Positions 22,008 to 32,226 are shown, counted from the first letter of the stretch. The stretch: DNA of 64,000 nt from Desulfatiglandales bacterium (GCA_963662465.1 OY759599.1:7392001-7456000), one strand, 5' to 3'. Notes: generated by a model from the sequence alone, not told the origin. A program made the numbers and translations.

Positions 22008-22889
22008 TTAGGTTTTGTTCATTTTAGATTCTCCGCCATCCTCATGAACCTTTCGAATGGTGGCTTGCGTTAAAGATGTTTGGTTTTGATGATTGCCGTT
22101 GAAGGGCAGGATCGCTTTTACCTCGCTTTCAGCGATCCATCCGGATTTTCCGTTCGCTTCTTTGACAAAGACATATCCTGCGTAGGTGTTGGCCAGTTGA
22201 ACCACTTTTCCGTTTTTGATGAGGCCTGAATCATTGGCCGAATCAAATGGGGAGACCCGGAGTCGCGCATTTTTACCGGTAATGACCCCCCTGTCCAGGG
22301 TCTGGTATTGTACCGCAATGCCGGCGCCGGCCGTTAGAAAAGAGAGGAAACAGATGGAAACCATCATTTTTGATGCAGCCCCTCGAAAAATGCCCGGGCG
22401 CATTCCATGAAGGAGGCACATCAGTGAAAAAGCGCAGAGGGCGATAAAGGCCATCCATGCCCATCCATTCAGGGTCATGCGATTGAAAAAAACTTTCCAG
22501 GACGTTTGGGAGGGCATTATCAGACCGGCGTTTTTTTCGGCCAGTGCCAGATTGGCGCTGATATCGGCATTTCCCGGGTCCAGATAAAGCGCTCGTTCGT
22601 AGTTTAAAATAGATTGGCCAAACTCTTTTTTCATATAATAGGCGTTGCCCAGGTTGTACAAGAGGGACGGCGCGTATCCGTCCCGATCCATGATGGCGTT
22701 ATAGTGTAAAATGGCCTGATCGTAGTCTCCCTTTGCATAGGCCTGATTGCCAAGAATAAAAAGATCCCGGCCCGTATCCGTCTCATCTCCGGCAGGAGCA
22801 TTCCGTGCTTGTGCAAACAACACCATCATGCCCAAAGCCAGGGAAAAAATCAAGATGCTACATCGTTTCCTGTTATGAAATGTTCTCAT
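22008..22889 (-). CDS. BatE-like TPR + SH3 membrane protein
   Basis: TPRs (LYNLGNAYY...ILNYERALYLDP), two TMs, SH3-like VKEANGKSGWI. Last gene of the Bat cluster. Confidence 0.8.
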   Translation of the reverse strand: MRTFHNRKRCSILIFSLALGMMVLFAQARNAPAGDETDTGRDLFILGNQAYAKGDYDQAILHYNAIMDRDGYAPSLLYNLGNAYYMKKEFGQSILNYERALYLDPGNADISANLALAEKNAGLIMPSQTSWKVFFNRMTLNGWAWMAFIALCAFSLMCLLHGMRPGIFRGAASKMMVSICFLSFLTAGAGIAVQYQTLDRGVITGKNARLRVSPFDSANDSGLIKNGKVVQLANTYAGYVFVKEANGKSGWIAESEVKAILPFNGNHQNQTSLTQATIRKVHEDGGESKMNKT

Positions 22890-22892
22890 TTT

Positions 22893-24917
22893 TTATCTCC
22901 CTGAACATGGATTGCCTAAACCCTGGTTGCGAGATGATGGTCTGCTGTTATCCAGATCCTTCAGGGCGCGTATGACCAGGTCTCGAAATTTTTGAAGTTC
23001 TTCCGGTCTGAAGGACTGGCCTGAGTAAGCTGCGGCGTCGGCCTTTTCAAAAACGCTTGCCATGTCTTCCCCGTTTCCGCCCAGTCGCTCTTTGATCTCC
23101 GCCAGGGTAATGCTTTCGGGGGTCTGTCCCCAAATATCCCCCAGCCGCTCCTGAGAGGCCGCTCGGCAGGCATTGAAAAATTCGGGTACGTCGTGGGCTG
23201 TGATGGCCCGGTCCATTTTTTTGATGGATTGACTGACTTTCTGTTTGACCTGTTTTTTGCGTATAAGACCCGGGTCGTTTAATCGTTTTTTCTGTCGTCG
23301 GCTGAAAAAGAACCCCAGGAACATGGCCCCCAGGGGAAACCCCTGAGCCCCTAAAAACCAGGGGTTTTCAATCAGCGGTCGCAGACTTTTCACCGTAGGG
23401 CCCATGGCCACATGAATGGGCGCTAGATGGCTGCCGGCGGGATTGTTCCCTCCGGTCACGACGGATTTTCCGGACTCGGGCGGTTTTGTTTCAGTTTTGG
23501 CCGAAGTTGGCGTTTCATCCGCTCTTTGCCCCGGGATCAGGGTCAGGGGAATCGGTTCGGTTTGCAGGGTAACGTATTTTTCCTGATCCGTATCAAAATA
23601 GGAGAAAGTGGCGCCTGGAATGGATTTAATGGCTTCATTCATGGGGATGATGGCCTGTTCAAAAGACTTCTCCCCACTGTAGCCTGCGCTGTTTTGGGGT
23701 TTGAAGGATGTCGCGGGCCTGTAGGTTTTCCATTTGCTGGAAACATTCAGCACAGGCGTTGAGACACGGTCGAAATTTCCGGAACCCTTGATGGTCATTT
23801 TGACGGTAATGGGGTCTCCCACCATGGCCCTGTCAGGGGTTGCCGAGGCGGAGAGTTTAAATTGGCCCACGGCGCCGGCAAAGTCTTTCGGTCGATCCAT
23901 TTTCGGCAGGGGCAGAACGCGGATTTTGAGCCTCGGATTGTTCAGTTTAACCGCTTCTTCCCGAATATTTTTAAAAAACCCATTAAAGAAATCATCATCG
24001 AACAGTCCTCGGCCAAAGGGAAACCCGCGGCGGGATTGTTCAGGGATGCCCAATACGGCATCCAGTGTGGCCGAAACTTCGTGTTCGCCCTCTTTGACGG
24101 CGCTCATGGCCGTATACCAGGTCAGCACATTGTAAGGAATGCCGTTTAAGATTTCTTCCGTTTGTTGGGGTTTTTCCTTCAATTCCCGGCAGGCGAAAGC
24201 ACCCCCCGCAAAGGTCGGAAGTGACCGGAGTGTGGCCTGGATGCCCTGGTGAAAATAGGCTTTGATTTCCATTGGGAGCAGTTCTCCTACATATGCCTTG
24301 CTATCCCTGGGAAGAACCCTCAAAAACGCGGGTTTCCCTTCCTCCCATGACATGAGTTGTCCGGTTTGGGTTTTGGCTTGATTTAAAACCCGTGGTTGTG
24401 AGTTTGGCGGGGATGAGGGCAGGGCGCCGCCTCTTGAATGACGGGTTACCCTCAGGGTGACCGCTTCGGATTTCAGGATGCGGCCATCAATGTCCGCTTG
24501 GATCGGAGGGATTACAAACTCTCCCGTGTGTTCCGCCTGGACCTGAAACAGGTAGCTCGTGGTGGCGGAAACACGACCGTTAATGGATTGGTATTGACTG
24601 CTGCGGCCCATGGAATAGAATCTGAGCCCGTCCACGGCGCTAAGAGCTGGAGGGGCGGCCTGCTCCCCTGAAACCTGAACCACCAGGACGGCGGCCTCGC
24701 CCAATTGAATGTCTCCGGGTTGAATGGCGGCTGAGACCGAGCCGCGATCAACGTCCCCGGCGTTGTTGTTTGTGCCGCGGCTGCCCCAACCCGCCTGGCT
24801 GCCGGTGGAAAAGAAAACCAGTGCCCCGACCGCCAGGAGGAGAATGGCCCCGGCCATGGCCATTCTCCGCGGGGTGATGGCGCGTGTTCCGACGGTTCCC
24901 TTGAGGTGTTTCATCAC
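22893..24917 (-). CDS. batD: BatD family protein
   Basis: Repeated Ig-like BatD units, FAGAVGQF, FSYFDT...YVTL, C-terminal TM. Confidence 0.82.
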   Translation of the reverse strand: MMKHLKGTVGTRAITPRRMAMAGAILLLAVGALVFFSTGSQAGWGSRGTNNNAGDVDRGSVSAAIQPGDIQLGEAAVLVVQVSGEQAAPPALSAVDGLRFYSMGRSSQYQSINGRVSATTSYLFQVQAEHTGEFVIPPIQADIDGRILKSEAVTLRVTRHSRGGALPSSPPNSQPRVLNQAKTQTGQLMSWEEGKPAFLRVLPRDSKAYVGELLPMEIKAYFHQGIQATLRSLPTFAGGAFACRELKEKPQQTEEILNGIPYNVLTWYTAMSAVKEGEHEVSATLDAVLGIPEQSRRGFPFGRGLFDDDFFNGFFKNIREEAVKLNNPRLKIRVLPLPKMDRPKDFAGAVGQFKLSASATPDRAMVGDPITVKMTIKGSGNFDRVSTPVLNVSSKWKTYRPATSFKPQNSAGYSGEKSFEQAIIPMNEAIKSIPGATFSYFDTDQEKYVTLQTEPIPLTLIPGQRADETPTSAKTETKPPESGKSVVTGGNNPAGSHLAPIHVAMGPTVKSLRPLIENPWFLGAQGFPLGAMFLGFFFSRRQKKRLNDPGLIRKKQVKQKVSQSIKKMDRAITAHDVPEFFNACRAASQERLGDIWGQTPESITLAEIKERLGGNGEDMASVFEKADAAAYSGQSFRPEELQKFRDLVIRALKDLDNSRPSSRNQGLGNPCSGR

Positions 24918-26929
24918 CAGTCCCTCCTTTTCCGATCCTGGGGCTTGCCGCCTATTCCCATGTTCTGAGCCGTCATGGGCATGGCTTTTTCATCGCCCTT
25001 GAGAGAATCCAGCAGGTTTTGAGCCTGTTCTTCGGTCATCCGGCCCGGCCTTCGACGTTCAGGGGCCCGGGCGGTCCGGGTTTGACCCGGATCTTGTGAA
25101 GGCTTCACCTCATCCTTTTTGGCCGAGCTATTTCCTGCCTTTTCACGATCCGCTGTATCTTTTTCACTCTTTTCGGGGTCCGTCTTTGCCTGAGCGTTCT
25201 GACTGTCTTTGGCTTGCTCATCTTTCTTTTTATCCCCTCTTGGTTCGGCTTCTTTCTGATTCCGGGCTGATTTTTGGTCTTGATCACCGTTGTTCGTATC
25301 CTGGTTTTTGGCCTGTGGGTTGCCGTTATTGTTCTTGTCCTGATTATCCTTTTTTGGATCCTTTTTATCTTTATTGTTGCATTTGTTGCAGTCCTTCTGT
25401 TGTTGGTCTTTTTTCAGGGCTTCCAGGCGTTTCTTCACAAATTCCCGGTTAAATGCTGCGTCCGGGTCATCGGGCTTCAGTTTCAGGGCGTTGTCGTAGG
25501 CTTGAATGGAAGCTTGCCAATTTTTTATGGTTTCCTGGGGATTCTGTTTTTCGCATCCCTCTCCCTGCCGGTAGAGGGTGTTTCCCATGTTGTAGTAGGA
25601 TTGGTTCTGCATCGCGATATCCTGAATGCTCAGGGCCTTCTCAAATGCAGCCAACGCTTCCGGATATTGCTTGCCCTTGTAGGCGGCGGCGCCCAGGTTA
25701 AATTGCAGTTGGGGATCTTTCGGGGCTTTTTGGGCTTCGGATCGATATCCTTCAACCGCCAGATCGTAATTTCCCGTCTTATAGGCCGCTTCGGCATTTC
25801 CCGGTGAGGCATGGGCGCTCCGGTATCCCAGAAGGACGATGCTCAGCAGGACCAGCACGGTAGAGACAAGGCATGCCTTGTCTCTACGAATGCGCCGGTA
25901 GGCGGTTTTGATCATCGGAATTTTTTTGCGGCTGCTTTTGCGGTCTGAAATAGCAAACTCCAATAGCAACATGATCAGCGCAAACATGATGGGCCACTGG
26001 AATCTTTCAATGGGGACCCGCTGCATTCTTTCGGCCAGTTCCTGTTTGGGCACCAGACTAAGTTTTTCCCGGTAGATGGCTTCCAGTCCTTCGGCCTGTT
26101 GTCCCAGGGGTTCGTACCTGCCTCCGGTGGCCTCGGCGATTTTTTGAAGCATGGTTTCATCCAGGCGGGATTTCACGACCTGGCCCTTTTCATCCTTTAC
26201 AAAGGCGCCGCCATTTTTACCGGATGCAAGCGGAATCAACTCGCCTGAGGGGGTTCCCACGCCCACGGTGTAAATGGTCAATCCCCTTTCAGCCGCTTTT
26301 GCGGCAGCCGCAAGGGCTTGCCCTTCCAGATCCTCACCGTCGGTAACCAGGACCAGGATCTTATGGTTGGCGTTGTTGGAAAACGCAAATTCCGCTTCCC
26401 GAATGGCACCGGCCAGATCCGTTCCCCCCTGGGGAATAATTTCCGTATCCAGGGCGTCCAGGGAGTTTCGGAAAGCGTCATAGTCGAGGGTCAACGGGCA
26501 CATGAGAAAAGCGGCGCCGGCAAATGGCAGGAGCCCCACCCGGTCTCCTTCCAGTTTGGAAACAAAATCCATGATCCCGAATTTACTCCGTTCCAGGCGA
26601 TTGGGTTTTACGTCCTGTGCCAGCATGCTTTTGGAGGTGTCCACTGCCATCAGGATATCGATCCCCTTTCGCTTGACCTCTTTCCACTGAAAGCCCATTT
26701 GCGGGCGGGCCAGGGCCACAAAAACAGCGGCCACAGCCAACACCAGGATCACCCGTTTGAGCATCCGTTTCCGGGGGGAAATCCCCTGAGTGAGTTTTTC
26801 CAAAAGGCGACCGGAAGCGAATTCCTGTAACGCCGCGCGGCTTTTTTTCTGAAAATGGTAAAAACTCAAAGTCAGGATTCCGCAGGCCGCTACTCCTGCC
26901 AACAACCAGATGGAATGTGCAAATTGCAT
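24914..26929 (-). CDS. BatB-BatC fusion (vWA + TPR + low-complexity tail)
   Basis: ALARPQ, MIDAS DTSKSM, TDGED, TPRs (YYNMGNTLYR), K/D/N/Q-rich linker, ending in RDW. Confidence 0.85.
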   Translation of the reverse strand: MQFAHSIWLLAGVAACGILTLSFYHFQKKSRAALQEFASGRLLEKLTQGISPRKRMLKRVILVLAVAAVFVALARPQMGFQWKEVKRKGIDILMAVDTSKSMLAQDVKPNRLERSKFGIMDFVSKLEGDRVGLLPFAGAAFLMCPLTLDYDAFRNSLDALDTEIIPQGGTDLAGAIREAEFAFSNNANHKILVLVTDGEDLEGQALAAAAKAAERGLTIYTVGVGTPSGELIPLASGKNGGAFVKDEKGQVVKSRLDETMLQKIAEATGGRYEPLGQQAEGLEAIYREKLSLVPKQELAERMQRVPIERFQWPIMFALIMLLLEFAISDRKSSRKKIPMIKTAYRRIRRDKACLVSTVLVLLSIVLLGYRSAHASPGNAEAAYKTGNYDLAVEGYRSEAQKAPKDPQLQFNLGAAAYKGKQYPEALAAFEKALSIQDIAMQNQSYYNMGNTLYRQGEGCEKQNPQETIKNWQASIQAYDNALKLKPDDPDAAFNREFVKKRLEALKKDQQQKDCNKCNNKDKKDPKKDNQDKNNNGNPQAKNQDTNNGDQDQKSARNQKEAEPRGDKKKDEQAKDSQNAQAKTDPEKSEKDTADREKAGNSSAKKDEVKPSQDPGQTRTARAPERRRPGRMTEEQAQNLLDSLKGDEKAMPMTAQNMGIGGKPQDRKRRDW

Positions 26930-26948
26930 GGTGTTATTTCCTTTCTTT

Positions 26949-27000
26949 AGTGAAGAGTGAAGAGACTTTTCACTATTCACTTTTCACTATTCACTTTTCA
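26949..27000. repeat. Intergenic 7-bp tandem repeats in inverted arrangement
   Basis: AGTGAAG x2 followed by TTTTCAC/TATTCAC x4-5. Confidence 0.75.
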
Positions 27001-27009
27001 AGTGAGATC

Positions 27010-28008
27010 TCAGGGTAATCGCCGAAAACGGGTCTGGTTTAGCGTCAACTCGATGCCCATGAGCAAAAGCGCCCCCAGAGCGGCCCATAGAAACATCTCG
27101 TTCGAGTGCTCAAATTTCTTGATTTTGCGGGTGGTGGTTTCCAGTTTGTTGATTTCACTGTATATATTTTCCAGTGAGTCGGTGTCTGTGGCGCGGTAAT
27201 ACTGAGCGCCCGTCATTTGCGCCATCTGTTTGAGGGTGTCCTCATCAATATCCACTTTTGCGCGCACGATTTTTTTATTGCCGAATTGGTCGGTAATGGG
27301 AACAGGCACTTCCCCGCGGGAACCGGCGCCGATGGTGTAGATCTTGATGCCCAGGGTTTCCGCTGCCTCTGCCGCGGTAACGGGGAGTATTTTTCCCGCA
27401 TTGTTCATGCCGTCGGTGAGCAGAATGACAATTCTCGATTTGGCTTTCTGGTCCCTCAGCCGATTGATGCCGGCGCCAAGGGCCGAACCGATGGCTGTGC
27501 CGTCTTCCACCATGCCGGGGTGAATGGTGTTGAGGCGCTTTTGAAGCCATTGGTGATCCAGGGTGAGAGGACTGACCATGTAGGGCCGTCCGGCGAATGC
27601 CACCAGACCGATGCGATCGTTGGGCCGTTCGTCTATGAATCTGGATACCACTTTCTTGACCACCTCCACACGGTTGGCCGGTTCGTTGTTAATGGTAAAA
27701 TCCAGGGCTTCCATTGATCCTGAGACGTCCACGGCCAGGATGATGTCAATGCCGTCGGCATCTACTTCCGACGTGCCATGCACCATCTGTGGGCGGGCCA
27801 GTGCCACCACCAACGCTCCCAGGGCTAAAATGCGCAAGGTAGACAGCCACCTTCCGGCTCGGGATTTCCTGGGGCCTGCGATTTCCCTGGCCGTTTGGGC
27901 CGATGAGTACCGTATGGCCCCCGTTGCTCCCCGTCGGCCCCTTAAAAAGGCCAGGAGTGGCAGCAGGGCCAGTAACCACAAAACTTCCGGATGGTTGAAG
28001 TGAAACAT
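27010..28008 (-). CDS. batA: BatA vWA-domain protein
   Basis: ALARPQ, DVSGSM, DRIGLVAFAG, SPLTLDH, GTAIG, LLTDG.NNAG. Confidence 0.9.
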   Translation of the reverse strand: MFHFNHPEVLWLLALLPLLAFLRGRRGATGAIRYSSAQTAREIAGPRKSRAGRWLSTLRILALGALVVALARPQMVHGTSEVDADGIDIILAVDVSGSMEALDFTINNEPANRVEVVKKVVSRFIDERPNDRIGLVAFAGRPYMVSPLTLDHQWLQKRLNTIHPGMVEDGTAIGSALGAGINRLRDQKAKSRIVILLTDGMNNAGKILPVTAAEAAETLGIKIYTIGAGSRGEVPVPITDQFGNKKIVRAKVDIDEDTLKQMAQMTGAQYYRATDTDSLENIYSEINKLETTTRKIKKFEHSNEMFLWAALGALLLMGIELTLNQTRFRRLP

Positions 28009-28706
28009 TATTTACCTCCCGCGGCAATGGGTTGAGGTTGCGTCTTCTCCACGAACTGCCAGGCGCTGTTGAACATCCGTTTCATTTGTTCATGGTTAAA
28101 CGTCTGTCGGGCAAATTTCGCCAGATCACAGTGATCCAGAAATTCCCGCAGCGGTTGGTTGTGAAGATTCAATTCACCGGCGGGTTCCGCCGCCACCTGG
28201 GTGATGAATTCATGGGTCGTTTTTCGTGTGACCTTCATCCCGAACCGGTTTTCAATATAGGTTCGGATGGTTCTTGACACGACCACTGAAAACTTTTCCG
28301 CCATTTCCGGCTGCATCAGGGCTTTGGCCTTTTCCAGTTCTTCGAAGGCGATTTCAAAGGCCTGTTTTGTGCGCAATGATTGTCGTTTGTGGAACCATTT
28401 CCAGATGGCCCACGCCAGGAGGATCAATAGGATTCCCCCCAGGGCGTAAAAGAACCAGAGATGCGGGTCCGGAATATGGATGGGACCGCGAATGTCCCGG
28501 ATATCTCCTTTAGGCCCCGTTTCAAGGGAAAGGGGACAGGATGACGGCGGCATGGGGGCTGAAACGGCGTTCCCTATTGTCGGTTGGGGGGTTGGCTGAG
28601 GCGTCGGATTCTGGGTTGCGGCCAAGCTTTCGGTCAAGAGAAACAATGCCGCCAGGAGCGGGATCAGCCATAGTAATTTTTGGGTGAGGGTCGTGGGTCT
28701 CATCAA
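28008..28706 (-). CDS. DUF4381-like membrane protein of the Bat operon
   Basis: DIRDIRGP, TM segment, TTHEF...CDLAKFA. Sits between DUF58 and batA. Confidence 0.7.
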   Translation of the reverse strand: MMRPTTLTQKLLWLIPLLAALFLLTESLAATQNPTPQPTPQPTIGNAVSAPMPPSSCPLSLETGPKGDIRDIRGPIHIPDPHLWFFYALGGILLILLAWAIWKWFHKRQSLRTKQAFEIAFEELEKAKALMQPEMAEKFSVVVSRTIRTYIENRFGMKVTRKTTHEFITQVAAEPAGELNLHNQPLREFLDHCDLAKFARQTFNHEQMKRMFNSAWQFVEKTQPQPIAAGGK

Positions 28707-29614
28707 TGACTTCTCCTTTCTCGGGAACTGAAAAACCGGAGCAAATCCGCTATATAGGATCGTTCCGTGGAAAGTTCCAGCATATCCACCCCTACTGAAC
28801 GGATGGCATGTCGCAATTTGTTCTGACGACTTTCAGCCAGATCTTTGAATCGGGTTCTGATTTCAGGCCGGGACGTGTCCAGTTCCACCTGTTCTCCGGT
28901 TTCCGAATCCTCGATGGTCAAAAGGCCGATATTCGGGAGTTCCCGTTCCCGTTGGTCTGTGACTGAAACGGCCACAAGGTCATGGCGGCGTGCGGTAATC
29001 CGGAGTTTGGGGCGAAGATCGTTTAAGGAGCCGTCAAAATCTCTGGGCAGGCAAAAGTCCGAGATGAGGAAGGCCACGGCCCGGCGTTTGATCACCTGGT
29101 TGGTGAAATCCATGGCCGCCGCCAGATTGGTGCCGGTTCCCTCTGGCTGAAAGAACAGAATTTCCCGAATGACCCTCAGAATATGGGAACGGCTTTTGCC
29201 CGGGGGAATATAGAGCTCGGCATTGTCCGTAAAGAGTACCAGCCCTACCTTGTCGTTGTTGCGCATGGCTGAAAAGGCCAGAACGCTCCCGATCTCGGCC
29301 ATCATTTCCCGTTTGCTCTGGGAGGCGGAGCCGAATTCACCGGAAGCGCTCACATCGATCATGAGCATGATGGTCAACTCCCGCTCCTCGGTGAATTTCT
29401 TGATGTAGGTCCGACCGGTACGGGCCGTTACGTTCCAGTCAATGCTCCTCACGTCGTCCCCCGGGACATACTCCCGCACCTCATCGAAGTCCATGCCCCG
29501 CCCCTTGAAAACCGAGTGGTAGTGACCTGCCAGGGTGTCGTCCACCAGACGGTTGGTTTTGATCTCCACCTGCCTGACTTTTTGAAGAATTTCCTTGCTG
29601 ATGTGGGTATCCAT
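28703..29614 (-). CDS. DUF58 vWA-like protein
   Basis: GMDFDEVREYVPGDDVRSIDWNVTAR, EERELT, DVSASG. Confidence 0.92.
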   Translation of the reverse strand: MDTHISKEILQKVRQVEIKTNRLVDDTLAGHYHSVFKGRGMDFDEVREYVPGDDVRSIDWNVTARTGRTYIKKFTEERELTIMLMIDVSASGEFGSASQSKREMMAEIGSVLAFSAMRNNDKVGLVLFTDNAELYIPPGKSRSHILRVIREILFFQPEGTGTNLAAAMDFTNQVIKRRAVAFLISDFCLPRDFDGSLNDLRPKLRITARRHDLVAVSVTDQRERELPNIGLLTIEDSETGEQVELDTSRPEIRTRFKDLAESRQNKLRHAIRSVGVDMLELSTERSYIADLLRFFSSRERRSH

Positions 29615-29626
29615 GGTATTTTCCTT

Positions 29627-29661
29627 TGTCACTCTTCACTCTTCACGCTTCACGCTTCACT
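29627..29661. repeat. Intergenic 7-bp tandem repeat
   Basis: TTGTCAC TCTTCAC TCTTCAC GCTTCAC GCTTCAC. Confidence 0.75.
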
Positions 29662-29664
29662 TTA

Positions 29665-30753
29665 TTAAGGCACCGGAATGGTTTCCAGAATTTTGGTGAC
29701 CATGTCCTCGCTGGTGAGGGATTCCGCCTCCGCCTCGTAGGTGATATTGACCCGGTGTCTCAGCACATCCATGGCAATGGATTTTACGTCTTCCGGGGTC
29801 ACGTATCCGCGTCCTTGAAGGAACGCCAGGGATTTGGCGGCGGTCTTCAGGTTGATGGTGGCGCGGGGAGACGCCCCGTATTGAATGTAGGGTTTCAGGT
29901 CGAGACCGTAGCTTTCGGGTTCCCTTGTGGCGTAGACCAGGCTTACGATATAGTCTTTGACTTTGTCATCCATGTAGATGGTGTTGACCACCTGTCTCGA
30001 TTTTATGATATCTTCCTCCCGAACCACGGGATTGACCTTGAGAGAGGGCTCTGTGGCATCAACCGCGTCTAAAATGATCCGTTCCTCGGAAACCGAGGGG
30101 TAGGAGATCACGACCTTGAGCATGAACCGGTCCACCTGGGCTTCCGGCAGGGGATAGGTGCCTTCCTGTTCGATGGGGTTCTGGGTGGCCATCACCATAA
30201 AGGGATCGGGCAGGCTGTAGGTCTGTTCACCGATGGTGACCTGGCGTTCCTGCATGGCTTGCAGCAAGGCGCTTTGGACCTTTGCCGGGGCCCGGTTGAT
30301 TTCGTCGGCCAGGATCAGGTTGGAAAAAACAGGGCCCTGCTTTACCACGAAAGAGACATCCCTGGGATTATAGATCTCCGTGCCGATGATATCCGCCGGC
30401 AACATGTCCGGGGTAAACTGGATGCGTCTGAAACCTGTTTGGATGGCCGATGCCAGGGTGTTGAGGGTGAGGGTTTTGGCCAGGCCCGGAACCCCTTCCA
30501 GAAGGATGTGGCTGTTTGAAAGAATGCCCACCAGCAGCCGCTCGATCAGAACCTTTTGTCCAACGATCACCCGACTGATTTCATTTTCCAGGGGTCGTAC
30601 CCAGGCGGATGCCCGTTGCACCGACTCGTTAATGGTCTGGATGCTGGTAAACTGGGGTCCCGTGGGCCTGGGGTTGGCATTTGCGGCGTTTGAGGGGAAA
30701 TGAAAATCCTCCGTGGGTCTCTGCCTTCTTTGTTCTCCTGCTTGAATGTTCAT
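29665..30753 (-). CDS. moxR: MoxR-family AAA+ ATPase
   Basis: LLEGVPGLAKT, RIQFTPD, LADEINRAPAKVQSALL, ATQNPIEQEGTYPLPEAQ.DRF, GASPRA. GGAGG RBS before ATG 30753. Confidence 0.95.
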   Translation of the reverse strand: MNIQAGEQRRQRPTEDFHFPSNAANANPRPTGPQFTSIQTINESVQRASAWVRPLENEISRVIVGQKVLIERLLVGILSNSHILLEGVPGLAKTLTLNTLASAIQTGFRRIQFTPDMLPADIIGTEIYNPRDVSFVVKQGPVFSNLILADEINRAPAKVQSALLQAMQERQVTIGEQTYSLPDPFMVMATQNPIEQEGTYPLPEAQVDRFMLKVVISYPSVSEERIILDAVDATEPSLKVNPVVREEDIIKSRQVVNTIYMDDKVKDYIVSLVYATREPESYGLDLKPYIQYGASPRATINLKTAAKSLAFLQGRGYVTPEDVKSIAMDVLRHRVNITYEAEAESLTSEDMVTKILETIPVP

Positions 30754-30906
30754 GATCCCTCCATTTTTTTCATTTACAAATAAATGGTCGGCCATTTAGT
30801 TTTGCCGGCCGAAGTTCGATGTCAAGATAAACCCCCAGCCTTACCGTATTCTTTCCTGAAGATTACAGGTTGGTAATGATTGGGTTTATTTCGTACACAA
30901 ACCTCC

Positions 30907-30936
30907 TTGACACCTTTTCCGGATCAGGGAGATAAT
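30907..30936 (+). promoter_or_regulatory. Possible sigma70 promoter
   Basis: TTGACA, 18 bp, GATAAT upstream of the small Cys-rich gene. Confidence 0.45.
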
Positions 30937-31012
30937 AAGCGAAGGTGGTTCATATCAACTTGCAGTGCCTGGGTTATGCCTTTTGCGGGGGATAATCCGT
31001 AAGGATCAGGTT

Positions 31013-31282
31013 ATGGATGCAATCGTTGTTGTTTTGATCGTGAGTGTGGCGGCCGGCTATCTGGTGTGGCGGTACGTCAAAAAAGCCAGGACCGGTGGCG
31101 GGTGCGCGTGTGAAAACATGGAATGCCCGCTGAACGGAGGTCAGGGGTCGGAGGTCGGAGGAGGTCGGAGGTCCGCGTTTTGTCCTCCCTCCGGAGGTTC
31201 AGGACAGATCGAGAAGTGTGATGGTGTGGTTTGCGAGGGCAAAAAGTGTAACGGCAATCCTTTTCAGGAGGAGCATGGATGA
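31013..31282 (+). CDS. FeoB-associated-type small Cys-rich membrane protein
   Basis: MDAIVVVLIVSVAAGYLVWRYVKK, then GGGCACENMECP. Contains GGAGGTC-type repeats at about 31137-31173. Confidence 0.6.
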   Translation: MDAIVVVLIVSVAAGYLVWRYVKKARTGGGCACENMECPLNGGQGSEVGGGRRSAFCPPSGGSGQIEKCDGVVCEGKKCNGNPFQEEHG

Positions 31283-31543
31283 AGTAATCCATGAATACTC
31301 TGATTCTCTTGTTTGAAATAAAGATCATATAGATATGATTTGTAAGAGCGGCATCAATGTAGTATGAAATGGTCAATGTTCAATTCCAGAGGAGAATCAT
31401 AGAGACCATCAATTATGGGTTGAAAAATTTGCCGGAAACGTGGTATTCGGAACTTTGGTCTGGAAATTTCTTGAACGGTAAACGCCTCAGTCATATATTT
31501 TAGGGGATTTTTTTTCAAAGATGAGATTTTTGAGGCATCAACC

Positions 31544-32217
31544 ATGAAAAAACGGTTAGAGTTTACAGAGCTTTCAATTGTAATCGTTGCGGAAAACCAC
31601 AATCCGACGATTCTGAATCCGGATTTCCTGAAGTTTAATGGCATAGTTCCGAAAGAATGGGTTGTTAGCAAGCCGCCGTTGTGCGCCTATCCCGTTTCCC
31701 AGGTGGAATATCAGAATGGTATGCGAATTACAGCGGAGCTTAACAAACTGATATTTTTTACACCGGAATTCGTCAATAATCATTTTGACATGAATATATC
31801 CGATGTCGCCAAAAGGTATGTCGAACGCTCCACGCTCATGTGAATTACAAAGCCGTTGGCATAAATCCAAGAGGGCATCTCAAATTTGATGACAGGGAAG
31901 CACTAACCCGTTATTTTGTGAGCAATCTGTTAAATAAGGGGGCCTGGGCCGACTTCTGCGGCGGAGTACGTTCAGTATCCATAAAGCTCAGGTACGAATT
32001 GGACTCCGCAATCTATAACATAGGTTTAGATCAGGCTTCTTTGAGATCGGACAAATCGCGAGAGGATGATGTTCTGAGTATTTCAGGGAATTTCCATCAT
32101 GGTATCGCCTCAACCCATGTTGTGAAATCATATCAAAAAGTATCTGAAATCATAGATAATATAGGCTATGACTTGGATCAATGCCTGAGCTTTTGCAAGC
32201 TTTTGCCGGAGGCTTAG
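31544..32217 (+). pseudogene. Split/frameshifted conserved hypothetical (TIGR04255-like), ORFs 31544-31843 and 31840-32217
   Basis: SIVIVAENHNPTILNPDFLK and AVGINPRG are motifs I recognise from single ~200-aa proteins. Adding one A near 31825 gives continuous YVETLHAHVNYKAVGINPRG. Confidence 0.6.
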
Positions 32218-32226
32218 GAGGAAACC

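Noticed and set aside
26949..27000. Short repeats as a possible CRISPR array
   Set aside because: 7-bp units with no spacers and no cas genes.
30937..31012. Leader of the small Cys-rich gene as a riboswitch or Fur box
   Set aside because: Only a weak hairpin and no convincing consensus match.
31838..31843. TGA as a selenocysteine readthrough codon
   Set aside because: The continuation is in a different frame, so readthrough would not join the ORFs.
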